Of a stretch of DNA of 55,278 nt, positions 28,738 to 37,490 are shown in pieces (position 1 is the stretch's first letter; the number at the start of each line of letters is the position of its first letter). A model generated the notes under the pieces. The model was not told the origin of the DNA. It ran no database searches and was given only the letters and a program-made list of their open reading frames with translations. Origin of the DNA: Acidimicrobiaceae bacterium (GTDB taxonomy: Bacteria > Actinomycetota > Acidimicrobiia > Acidimicrobiales > Bog-793); the NCBI GenBank assembly GCA_027459565.1, contig DAIDIA010000263.1:1-55278 (forward strand), written 5' to 3'. Made by a program: the position numbers and the translations under genes.

Positions 28738-28761
28738 ATGACAAACGCGTCTCTCCGATGA
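28738..28761 (+). promoter_or_regulatory. 7-codon upstream ORF (MTNASLR) translationally coupled to the L,D-transpeptidase gene
   Basis: AGGAGG at 28725-28730, a 7-nt spacer, then ATG at 28738. Its stop TGA (28759-28761) overlaps the ATG at 28758 of the downstream gene (ATGA). The downstream ATG has no SD of its own. Confidence 0.4.
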
Positions 28762-29897
28762 GACCGCGCACGGTCATGGCAGGCATTGCTTTCCAATGTG
28801 TTGGCGCGATCTCCTTCGGCGCGCTCATGCCGGTGACCTCTGCGTGGTCAGCACAGACAGCGGGAGTGGCGCGCTCTGTCGCATCTGTGGCCCATTTGGC
28901 ACGCCCCTTCACCGTGCTCAACACGACGCCCGCGAGCGGTGCAACGGGTGTATCGCCAAGCGCTCCCATTGTCGTGCGGTTCTCGGAGTTCCTCTCCTCG
29001 CGCTCTCCCGCTCCAGGTCTCGTTCCGTCGACGCCGGGTAGTTGGCGCGTGCAAGGTTCCAGTTTCGTCTTCACGCCCAGCATGGATTTCATTCCCCTGA
29101 GTGACGTCAAACTGGTCATTCCCGGAGGGCGCACGGGAATCAGCTCTGCGTCGGGCGGGCACCTCGCTGGGACGCTCACCAAGACGATCCAGATCGCGAA
29201 TGGTTCGATCGTCCGGCTACAACAACTCTTGTCACTGACCGACTACTCGCCGCTGCGGTGGCGGTCGGTCCGGCCGCGTCTGTCGATCAAGAATGTGGTC
29301 GGACAGCGCGCCGCGCTCTTTAACGCCCCCAACGGGAGATTCCTCTGGCGATATTCCGGTTGGCCGACCAACCTGTTGGCGCTCTGGAAGAGCGGCGTCT
29401 ACAACGTGTTCACCGAGGGAATGGTGATGTCATTCCAGGCTGATCACGGGTTCACTCCGAATGGCGCGCTGAGCTCGTCGCTGTGGTCGTCGCTACTCAG
29501 CGCGTATCAGGCGCGACAGGTGAACTCCGGCGGGTACAACTACGCGCTCGAGAACAAGGCTTCGCCTCAGGTGCTGACGATCTGGCACAACGGCCATGTG
29601 GTGCTCACGAGCCCCTCGAACACCGGCATCTCCGTCTCGCCGACAGTGGACGGCAATTTTGCGGTCTATCTGCGCCTGCGCTCGCAGATCATGCGTGGAA
29701 CAAACCCGAACGGGTCCCACTACGCGGACCCGGTCCAGTACGTCGCGTATTTCAATGGCAATGACGCGGTCCATTACATGCCACGCGCGCAATACGGATA
29801 TCCGCAGAGCCTTGGATGCATCGAACTTCCGCTCCAGAATGCCGCGACGGCCTGGCCCTATCTGGCCTACGGCACGCTGGTCAGTGTCATCAACTAG
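28758..29897 (+). CDS. L,D-transpeptidase (YkuD) family protein with N-terminal Ig-like domain
   Basis: Signal peptide MAGIAFQCVGAISFGALMPVTSAWS. C-terminal YkuD block VAYFNGNDAVHYMPRAQYGYPQSLGCIELPLQNA...GTLVSV with the catalytic H...S-x-G-C motif. Confidence 0.8.
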   Translation: MRPRTVMAGIAFQCVGAISFGALMPVTSAWSAQTAGVARSVASVAHLARPFTVLNTTPASGATGVSPSAPIVVRFSEFLSSRSPAPGLVPSTPGSWRVQGSSFVFTPSMDFIPLSDVKLVIPGGRTGISSASGGHLAGTLTKTIQIANGSIVRLQQLLSLTDYSPLRWRSVRPRLSIKNVVGQRAALFNAPNGRFLWRYSGWPTNLLALWKSGVYNVFTEGMVMSFQADHGFTPNGALSSSLWSSLLSAYQARQVNSGGYNYALENKASPQVLTIWHNGHVVLTSPSNTGISVSPTVDGNFAVYLRLRSQIMRGTNPNGSHYADPVQYVAYFNGNDAVHYMPRAQYGYPQSLGCIELPLQNAATAWPYLAYGTLVSVIN

Positions 29898-30019
29898 ACC
29901 GCCACGACGCCCTGGCGCGACATCCGATGGCAACGGGGAGGACGCAGTGTCCCTACTCCTGGCCAACTTGATGCTTCGCCTCCCCGTCCGACGACACGCA
30001 AGGGGGACCCCTGCTGGAG

Positions 30020-30754
30020 CTAGCGGATAATCGCGAGCCTGCCGTCGACGAGGTTCACGAGGTGGCCGCTGAATTCCATGCCGGCCTCGGCGGCGAGGAA
30101 GAACCGCTCACCCACGGATTCGGGGCCGGGCATCCGGGCGCGCGCCTCCTCGGGGGCCCGTTCCGTCGCGATGGCACCTCCGGGATCGACGCTCATCACG
30201 CAGATGTTGTGCTCGCGGACCTCCTCGGCGAGGTACTGGGAGAAGGTCACCAGCGCCTCCTTGGTCATCACATATGCCAGACCGCCCGGAGGTACGGGAC
30301 CACCACCCCCGTAGAGATTCACGATGTGGCCAGAACCTTTCTTTTCCATGAAGGGGATCGCATGCTTGCAACACAGGAATGAACCCTGCAGATTTGTGTC
30401 GATCACCTTCGACCAGAATGCGAGATCCATGTCGCGGACCTTTGGCCACCGTGGCCCACCCCAGGCGAAGTGCGGAACAATTGCCGCGTTGTTCACCAGG
30501 TAGTCGATGGAGCCGAACTCGTTGAACGCCGTCTCCATGAGCCGGCGGACCTCGCTCTCGACGCGGACATCGGTCACAAGCGCGACGACCTTATTGCCAT
30601 GGGCCCGGAGTTCGCCCTCCACCTGTCGCAAGCTCGCCTCGTCGATGTCGCCGATGGCCACCTGTGCTCCGCGTGCAGCGGCTCCGAGTGCGATATGGCG
30701 ACCAATCCCCATCGCAGCACCGCTGATGACAACGGATCGCTCATTCCAGTTCAT
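30020..30754 (-). CDS. SDR family oxidoreductase
   Basis: The ATG at 30754 is preceded by AGGAGAA. VVISGAAMGIGRHIA, NNAA, and YVMTKEAL (Y-x3-K). The track start at 31237 is over-extended through antisense sequence. Confidence 0.85.
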   Translation of the reverse strand: MNWNERSVVISGAAMGIGRHIALGAAARGAQVAIGDIDEASLRQVEGELRAHGNKVVALVTDVRVESEVRRLMETAFNEFGSIDYLVNNAAIVPHFAWGGPRWPKVRDMDLAFWSKVIDTNLQGSFLCCKHAIPFMEKKGSGHIVNLYGGGGPVPPGGLAYVMTKEALVTFSQYLAEEVREHNICVMSVDPGGAIATERAPEEARARMPGPESVGERFFLAAEAGMEFSGHLVNLVDGRLAIIR

Positions 30755-30950
30755 CGTGGTTCTCCTGTGTGGCCATGCGTTGGATGCGATCGATCCTAAG
30801 GGGGCGCCGGGCCGTCCGCGACCCGAAGTCCCAGGGCCACGTCCGGATTCCGCCAGCGGGCGGATGTTGTGCGTGGGACACTCGGGTTGCGAACCCGAAG
30901 GGTCGGGCCGCGGCCTCACGCCCGCGGATCGCCAGTGGAACGATGACAGG

Positions 30951-31772
30951 ATGGCAATGAGCGAACAACCGGCCGAGTACCTCTTCGATGCAGACGAGTA
31001 CGCCCGCATCCATGCCGCGGAGAGGTTGTTCGACGAGGGGACGAAGCGTCTCATCGGTGCACTCGATATCGTCCCTGGTGCGCGCTGTCTCGAGGTTGGC
31101 GCAGGCGGCGGATCGATTGCGGACTGGCTCTGTGACATCGCGGGCTCCTCCGGCCTCGTCGTCGCGACCGACATCGACACGCGGTCGCTCGAAGCCATCA
31201 CGGGACGGCCCAATCTCGAGGTGCGTCGGCACGACATCGTGAAAGATCCCCTCGAGCTCGATCACTACGACCTCGTCCATGTCCGACTCGTGCTCGAGCA
31301 TCTTCTTGAACGTGACGCGGTGCTCGAGAAGCTTGTCGCGGCGCTACGACCGGGAGGTTGGATTGTCGTCGAGGACGTCGACTACGTCTCGGGTGTTCCA
31401 GTCAGCGATCTTGGCGCGGTCGAGCACGAACGCACGCAGTCGGTCCGTCTCGAGGTTTTTGCCGCTGGCGGCGTCGCGCACTATCTCGGCCGGGAGCTGC
31501 CCGCTCGCCTGCGCGCGCAGGGGCTTGAAGATGTTGGAAACGAGGGCCGCGTCTGGATCATGGAGGGCGGCACCCCCGGGGCCGAGTGGTTTCGCATCTC
31601 GATGGCCCACCTTCGTGGCCGGCTCGTCGGTCCCGACAGACTGACGGACGCGGAGGTTGACAAGATGCTGGAGCTCTTCGAGGATCCAAACTGGGCGGCA
31701 TTCTCGCCGATCATGGTCACGGCCTGGGGTCGGATGCCACAGGGGCGCGAGTCGCCGCGCGGCAGTGCGTGA
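30951..31772 (+). CDS. class I SAM-dependent methyltransferase
   Basis: From the ATG at 30951: MAMSEQPAEYLFD..., motif I CLEVGAGGGSIADWL, ATDID, and LRPGGWIVVEDVD. Confidence 0.85.
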   Translation: MAMSEQPAEYLFDADEYARIHAAERLFDEGTKRLIGALDIVPGARCLEVGAGGGSIADWLCDIAGSSGLVVATDIDTRSLEAITGRPNLEVRRHDIVKDPLELDHYDLVHVRLVLEHLLERDAVLEKLVAALRPGGWIVVEDVDYVSGVPVSDLGAVEHERTQSVRLEVFAAGGVAHYLGRELPARLRAQGLEDVGNEGRVWIMEGGTPGAEWFRISMAHLRGRLVGPDRLTDAEVDKMLELFEDPNWAAFSPIMVTAWGRMPQGRESPRGSA

Positions 31773-31921
31773 ATAGCGCGGGCGAGACAAGAGGCGTCCG
31801 GGAGAGGTTGCGGTGTAGTGTGCCGGGACGGGGCCGAACGCGTTCCACAACTGAGAATCGGTGGCGTTCGCGCTGGGCGGCGCTGGGCTATTGCACCGAA
31901 GCAACGACGAGGAGGCTGGCA

Positions 31922-32584
31922 ATGGGTAGTGGGGATCTCGCGAGTCGCGTCGACCCGGCGGTCGCCGCGCTTGTGGTTGTGGATGTCCAGCTTGATTTTT
32001 GCCGCGCGCCCGGGGCGGGGCCAGCACAGGACGCAGCCATGGAAAAGATGAGTCTTCACCTCGAGCGACTGGTCGATGCGGCGCGCGAGGTCGATATTCC
32101 GGTCATCTTCATCCAGACGATCCATGACCAAGAGTCCGATTCCATCGCCTGGCGCACGCGGCATGGTTCGCTCTCGCCCTATGAGGAGGAGCTGTGCAAG
32201 CCCGGAACCGCGGGCGCGGAGTTCTTCCGCGTTGCGCCGCGCGAGCGCGAGGTGGTCGTCGTGAAACACCGTTATGACGCATTCGTCGGAACCGAGTTGG
32301 ATGCAATCCTGAAATCGCTTGGTCGAACGGCCCTCATCATGACTGGGGTGATGACCGATGTGTGTGTCGAGACGACGCTGCGTCACGCGATGTGCCTTGA
32401 CTATCTCGTGACGGCTGTCTCTGACTGCTGCGAGTCGGTGACGCGAGAGCGTCACGAGGCTGCGCTTGAACGCTTTCGGCGCTCTTTCGGCGCGGTTGCG
32501 GATTCGAATGAGATCGTGGGGATCTGGAATTTGGACGCGGCCCAAAGGTGCGCGACCGAATTTGCCGCGGAGCTTGCGCGCTGA
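31922..32584 (+). CDS. isochorismatase-family cysteine hydrolase
   Basis: GAGGAGG SD. ALVVVDVQLDFC (Asp), VVVKHRYDAF (Lys) and LIMTGVMTDVCVETT (Cys) form the catalytic triad pattern. Confidence 0.85.
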   Translation: MGSGDLASRVDPAVAALVVVDVQLDFCRAPGAGPAQDAAMEKMSLHLERLVDAAREVDIPVIFIQTIHDQESDSIAWRTRHGSLSPYEEELCKPGTAGAEFFRVAPREREVVVVKHRYDAFVGTELDAILKSLGRTALIMTGVMTDVCVETTLRHAMCLDYLVTAVSDCCESVTRERHEAALERFRRSFGAVADSNEIVGIWNLDAAQRCATEFAAELAR

Positions 32585-32665
32585 GGATCTGAGAACAGAG
32601 CGAGAGGCGCGATCGTGATGCGGATCGCGCCGAGAACCGATCGGCGATCGGGTTGGAGGGAACAC

Positions 32666-33373
32666 ATGAACGCAGACGAGGGCCAGCAGGTCGGCGAGAT
32701 CTGGAGCAGCGTGATTGATCAACCGACGCAGATGCTCTATCGCGCCTATCAGCGCGCCCGCTATGTCGGCGAGAACGTCGCCGTGCTCGCGATCGACCTC
32801 TACAAACGCGTCTATCGCGGTGGCAACAGGGAACTCTCCGAGGTGACCAAGGAGTATCCGAGCTCGTGTGGAAGGTTTGCCTGGGAGTGCCGGGAGCCGA
32901 CGCTGCGCCTTCTCTCCGTGGCCAGAGGCAGGCAGATGCCGATCTATTTCAGTACCGGTCGACTAGAACAAGATGCTGCGAAGCGTCCGACGATGCGCCA
33001 GGTCGGAGAGGCGGATACCTCGGATGATCTCGAGATCATGGACGGATTCTTCGAAGCGGGCGACTCTCTCATTGAAAAAGACCGCGCAAGCGCGTTCTTC
33101 GGCACCGGCCTGCATGACGATCTCCAGCGAAAGGGGATCGAAAGTCTGATCGTGATAGGGGAGTCGACCTCGGGCTGCGTACGAGCCTCTGCGATCGATG
33201 CGTATTCGCTCGGCTACCACGTTGTCGTCGTCGCTGATTGCTGTTTCGATCGGAGTCAGGTGAGCCACAAGGTTTCGCTCTTCGACCTGCACCACAAATA
33301 TGCCGACGTGTTCTTTTCGAGCGACGTTCTCGACGCGATCGTCGACCCAACCGTCGCGACCGCGGCTCGCTAA
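32666..33373 (+). CDS. isochorismatase-family hydrolase (second, divergent paralogue)
   Basis: VAVLAIDLY (Asp), LIEKDRASAFFGT (Lys) and LIVIGESTSGCVRASA (Cys). TGGAGGG lies before the ATG at 32666. Confidence 0.8.
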   Translation: MNADEGQQVGEIWSSVIDQPTQMLYRAYQRARYVGENVAVLAIDLYKRVYRGGNRELSEVTKEYPSSCGRFAWECREPTLRLLSVARGRQMPIYFSTGRLEQDAAKRPTMRQVGEADTSDDLEIMDGFFEAGDSLIEKDRASAFFGTGLHDDLQRKGIESLIVIGESTSGCVRASAIDAYSLGYHVVVVADCCFDRSQVSHKVSLFDLHHKYADVFFSSDVLDAIVDPTVATAAR

Positions 33374-33503
33374 GAGGGCGACACCATCACCGTTGCATAG
33401 GGCACACGCGAAACGACGCGAGTCCGCTCGAGGCGCGCCGATGCCCGTCACGGGGCAGTTGCCGCGCGCTCTGTGTCGGAGGGGTTGACCTCGCGCGGGG
33501 GTC

Positions 33504-36479
33504 TCAATCCTCCGTTGGCGCAGATCCCTGGCGGATGGTGTTCTCGCTGACGACCTGGGGTTCGAGGTAATGCAGCAGATAGTCCGGACCGCCGGCCTTT
33601 GTCCCCGTCCCGGATAGACCGAATCCGCCGAAGGGCTGGCGGCCGACAACCGCCCCGGTGATGTTTCGGTTGACGTAGATGTTGCCTGCGTGCAGTTCGT
33701 CCGTGGCGAGGCGTATATGCGCCGGTGAGCGCGAGACGATCCCCGCCGTGAGCGCGTAGGAGCTCGAATTGGCGATCGCGATCGCGTCCTCCACGGATCG
33801 TGCGGACATGACGGAGAGGACCGGTCCGAAGATCTCGTCACTGGCGAGCGGACTCCCGGGGAGAACGTTGCTGACGACCGTCGGGCCGATGAACCAGCCG
33901 TTGTCGGGCAGGTCCTCGCGAGCGAGGACGATCTCTCCCGAGCCAGGCGCCGACGCAATGTAGCGACGCACACGTTCGTAGGCGTCCTCGTCGATCAGCG
34001 GACCCATCTGGACTGCGGGGTTCTCGGGGTGCCCGATGCGCAGTTCGCGTGCCGCACCGACGAGGCGCTCGAGAAAGGGTTCATAGATGTCGCCGACGAC
34101 GATGACCCGCGAGCAGGCCGAGCATTTCTGACCGGAGTAACCGAACGCGGACCCGATGGTGATCGGCACCGCCTGGTCGAGGTCGGCGTCGGAGTCGATG
34201 ATGAGCGCGTTCTTGCCGCCCATCTCCGCGACGATCTTCTTCACCTGTGACTGTCCGGCCCTCGGTGCGGCAGCGGCCTGGATGATGCCCAGTCCGACGG
34301 CCTTCGATCCCGTGAAGGCAATGAACGAGATATCCGGGTGGCGAACGAGGAAGTCGCCGATCACCTCGCCCCTGCCGGGCAAGAATGCCAAGACGCCACC
34401 CGGGAGGCCGCTTGCGTGGAGCGCCTCGCGGAGTTTCGACGCGATGAGTGGTGTCTGTTCGGCGGGTTTGAACAAGACCGCGTTGCCGGCGACGAGTGCC
34501 GCGGTCACCATCCCCGTTGGAATCGCCAGAGGAAAGTTCCACGGTGCGATGACGACGCCGATTCCGCGTGGGATGTATCGCATGGAGTTCACCTCACCGG
34601 GCGGTGATTGCACCGGTGCCCCCTTCGCGAGCCGCATCATCTCGCGCGCGTAGTACTCGCAGTAGTCGATCGCCTCGCACACATCACCGTCGGCCTCTGA
34701 CCACGGTTTGCCCGCCTCGTACACCTCGAGTGCCGCAAGCTCGAACCGGCGATCGCGCATCCACGCGGCCGCTCGGACCAACACGCCCGCTCTCTCTTGG
34801 GCAGGCGTCCTCTGCCATGCACCAAGGGCGCGCCGCGCACTGGCGAGAGCCGTCTCGGCCTCGGCGATCCCACAGTCTGAAGAGGTGGCGACGATTCGTG
34901 ATGGTTCTGCGGGATCGACGGACCGGATGACCGCGTCGGTCGACATCGGCCGGTCATCGACGACCGCTGGCACGAAGTCCCCGAGCTCACTGGCAGCGAC
35001 TCGCGCGAGCGTCGCGGCGAACATCTCCCGAGTCTCGCGATCGAACCAGCGGAGCGGAGGTTCTGGCCGAAACGACGAAGGAGATAGTGCTTCGAGTCCG
35101 GTCGATTCCGCGCCGAGCACCTCTTCGTGTGTTGTCGCCGGTGTTGGGTGTGGAAGTTCGCGCGCGTGCAATGGGCCGGCCGGGGAGCGAGTGGCCACGA
35201 GGCCCTCGTTCGCCGTGTTCTCGAGGAGGCGTCGTACGAGGTACGCCATGCCCGGAACGATCTCTCCGACCGGGGCATAGACGCGGAGTCGGATTCCGAG
35301 GTTACGGACGGCATCGTGGAACTGCTCACCCATTCCATAGAGCATCTGCATCTCGTAGCCGTTGTCGGGTATGCCGATTCGTCGCGCATAGGCGATCGCG
35401 AAGGCAAGAGACGAGAGGTTGTGGCTCCCGAACGCGGCGCGTACCTTCCCGTGATGATCGTGGAGGAGCCGCGTGCACCTTTCGAAGTTCGCATCCGAGT
35501 CCGCCTTGTGGGTGTACACGGGGGGAGGCCATCCCTGGGCGGCCGCGTGGATGGTCTCGGTGTCCCAGTAAGCGCCCTTAACGAGGCGGATGGTGAGCGG
35601 CGTCTTCTGCGCACTGGAGAGTTCGATAAACCGTCTGAGGTCGGCTTCGGAGTCCTGGAGATACGCCTGGACGGTGATTCCCGCCTGGAGATCCGCGAAC
35701 TCCTCCTCATCGAGCAACGTCGTGAAGAGCTCAATGGTGAGATCCTTCACCTCGTAGTGCTCCATGTCGACGTGGACGAGTGCCCCGCCGTCTCGGGCTT
35801 TGCGCAAGATCGGTCGGAGGCGTTCTTTGATCTCGGCGATTCCCTCGTCGGCGGTCAAGGGCGCAAAACGCGGCGAGAGCGCGGTCGGCTTCACGCTGAC
35901 GTTGACCCGCGCAATGGCCGAGAGGTCGTCGTAGTCGAGCAGCGCGTTCGCATTCCAGGCGCAACTGGCGCGAAGCAGTTCTGAAAGGAGATCGTCCACC
36001 CGGGTTGCGTATCTCGCCGCCTCATCTGCCGTTACGGTTTTTTCTCCCAGCACGTCAACCGTGGAGGCCGTTCCCGCGTTCCAGAGCGTTCCGAGCTTTT
36101 GGACTGCATCGACGGCGTCGCGTCCGACGATGAACTGCTGGGCCATGCGTGAGATGCTCCGTCGTGCGACCGCGGTCGAGATCTTGTCTCCCAAAGGGAC
36201 CTGCTCGACGAGCCCGAGCCCCAGATCAACGATCTTTGGCAGATCGACGCGGTCGAAGTACTCCTCGAGGTGGCGGAGCACGTCGCCATCGTCGCTCGTG
36301 GCCGGGAAGACATCGACGAATCGGAAGAGCTGCGTCTTGAAAGACGGATGCGACATCGACCAGTCGATGAGCCGATCGTTCCACCATCGCTGCTGGTAGA
36401 GGTGTGTCCGGCGAGATGCGGAATGTCGGCGAAGTTGTTCGGTCAGCTTGGCGACGTCATCTTCAAGACGGCTCGTCAT
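33504..36479 (-). CDS. putA: bifunctional proline dehydrogenase / L-glutamate gamma-semialdehyde (P5C) dehydrogenase
   Basis: 991 aa. The N-terminal half carries PRODH blocks (VHVDMEHY, RLVKGAYWD, QMLYGMG). The C-terminal half is an aldehyde dehydrogenase (IAPWNFPLAI, FTGS, VAEMGGKNA, SGQKCSA). No N-terminal RHH DNA-binding domain is evident. Confidence 0.95.
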   Translation of the reverse strand: MTSRLEDDVAKLTEQLRRHSASRRTHLYQQRWWNDRLIDWSMSHPSFKTQLFRFVDVFPATSDDGDVLRHLEEYFDRVDLPKIVDLGLGLVEQVPLGDKISTAVARRSISRMAQQFIVGRDAVDAVQKLGTLWNAGTASTVDVLGEKTVTADEAARYATRVDDLLSELLRASCAWNANALLDYDDLSAIARVNVSVKPTALSPRFAPLTADEGIAEIKERLRPILRKARDGGALVHVDMEHYEVKDLTIELFTTLLDEEEFADLQAGITVQAYLQDSEADLRRFIELSSAQKTPLTIRLVKGAYWDTETIHAAAQGWPPPVYTHKADSDANFERCTRLLHDHHGKVRAAFGSHNLSSLAFAIAYARRIGIPDNGYEMQMLYGMGEQFHDAVRNLGIRLRVYAPVGEIVPGMAYLVRRLLENTANEGLVATRSPAGPLHARELPHPTPATTHEEVLGAESTGLEALSPSSFRPEPPLRWFDRETREMFAATLARVAASELGDFVPAVVDDRPMSTDAVIRSVDPAEPSRIVATSSDCGIAEAETALASARRALGAWQRTPAQERAGVLVRAAAWMRDRRFELAALEVYEAGKPWSEADGDVCEAIDYCEYYAREMMRLAKGAPVQSPPGEVNSMRYIPRGIGVVIAPWNFPLAIPTGMVTAALVAGNAVLFKPAEQTPLIASKLREALHASGLPGGVLAFLPGRGEVIGDFLVRHPDISFIAFTGSKAVGLGIIQAAAAPRAGQSQVKKIVAEMGGKNALIIDSDADLDQAVPITIGSAFGYSGQKCSACSRVIVVGDIYEPFLERLVGAARELRIGHPENPAVQMGPLIDEDAYERVRRYIASAPGSGEIVLAREDLPDNGWFIGPTVVSNVLPGSPLASDEIFGPVLSVMSARSVEDAIAIANSSSYALTAGIVSRSPAHIRLATDELHAGNIYVNRNITGAVVGRQPFGGFGLSGTGTKAGGPDYLLHYLEPQVVSENTIRQGSAPTED

Positions 36480-37490
36480 TTCACCAGCCGCGAGCTTTCG
36501 TCATTCCCGGTTCGACATGACCCTCGAGTCCGGCGAAACCGCGGATAATCAAGACATCGGAGCCTGATCCTTTGAGTGAGAAATCAGGAGCTCGGGATTT
36601 TGCCATTACCGCTCCTCGTTTTTCAACGGGTACATTTCCACGCTAGTTGTTCGGTGGCTACTGAGGACGGGGCTGCGCGGCTCAGGCGGATTGTTTTGGT
36701 ATCCCCTCCTTGCTGATTCCGGCTCGCCAAGTCCGTGCAACTGACCAATCACCCAAAGAGCGGCAACGTCAAGGCGTCCGATGTTCTTGGACGCGGTCGG
36801 TACCGCCACGATCCGATGCTCAGGAAGCCGTTCCGCTTGAGTGCAACTCACCGCGTGTACATCCGGGCTCAGCTTGGTTCAAAGCGCGTTAGGTTGCGGC
36901 GATTCGCAGCGAAAGGACCAATGCTGGGCGATTGATCTCATCGACGGGCACGTCCCGCCGAAAAACGCGCATGAATATGTGGGGCGAGATCATTGGGACT
37001 GCTCCCGAATCAGATTCGAGACGGAGAATCTTGATTGTCGGCTCACTACCGATGAACACTCGGGTCCGACGAGGTAGTTGATCGCAATGTCTAGCCGCCG
37101 TCGCTGGGAACATCGCAACTTCAGCTCAATGTGGTGCGCAATAAATTGCAGTTGCGTCGTGGATCTCAAGGGCACGGGCATTCCGAGATCGGCAATGGCG
37201 TGATGCGAGACGACCTCGAGGATCAATGGGATGCCATGTTGATTCGCCCGATCGCGGATCCCTGCTCTGTCTGTCGGGTTCGAGAACCCCGACGATCGAG
37301 ACCTGCCGGAGGGGACTGGCGTCCGTACTCCGGTCAGGCTCTGTGACATGTGCAACGAATTGCTATGTGAGAGTTCAGCGCTCTCATTGAAGTTCTCCAC
37401 ACCGTTCCAAAGACCGACTATGGCCCCCCTCCGTGATGAAGGGGGGCCATGTCTCGATGCCAGGTAACGGAGTCTCCCCCGTGTTGATGA

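Noticed and set aside
28316-28757. ydaO (c-di-AMP) riboswitch upstream of the cell-wall gene.
   Set aside because: The conserved ACGGGGA/CCGA-type blocks I remember are not recognisable here. Kept only as an unexplained long-leader finding.
30507-31237. Long N-terminal extensions of the SDR ORF (30020-31237) and the methyltransferase ORF (30507-31772), which overlap each other.
   Set aside because: The extensions run through the opposite gene or the divergent promoter region and have non-protein-like composition. Internal ATGs with good SDs (30754 and 30951) give proteins of normal family length.
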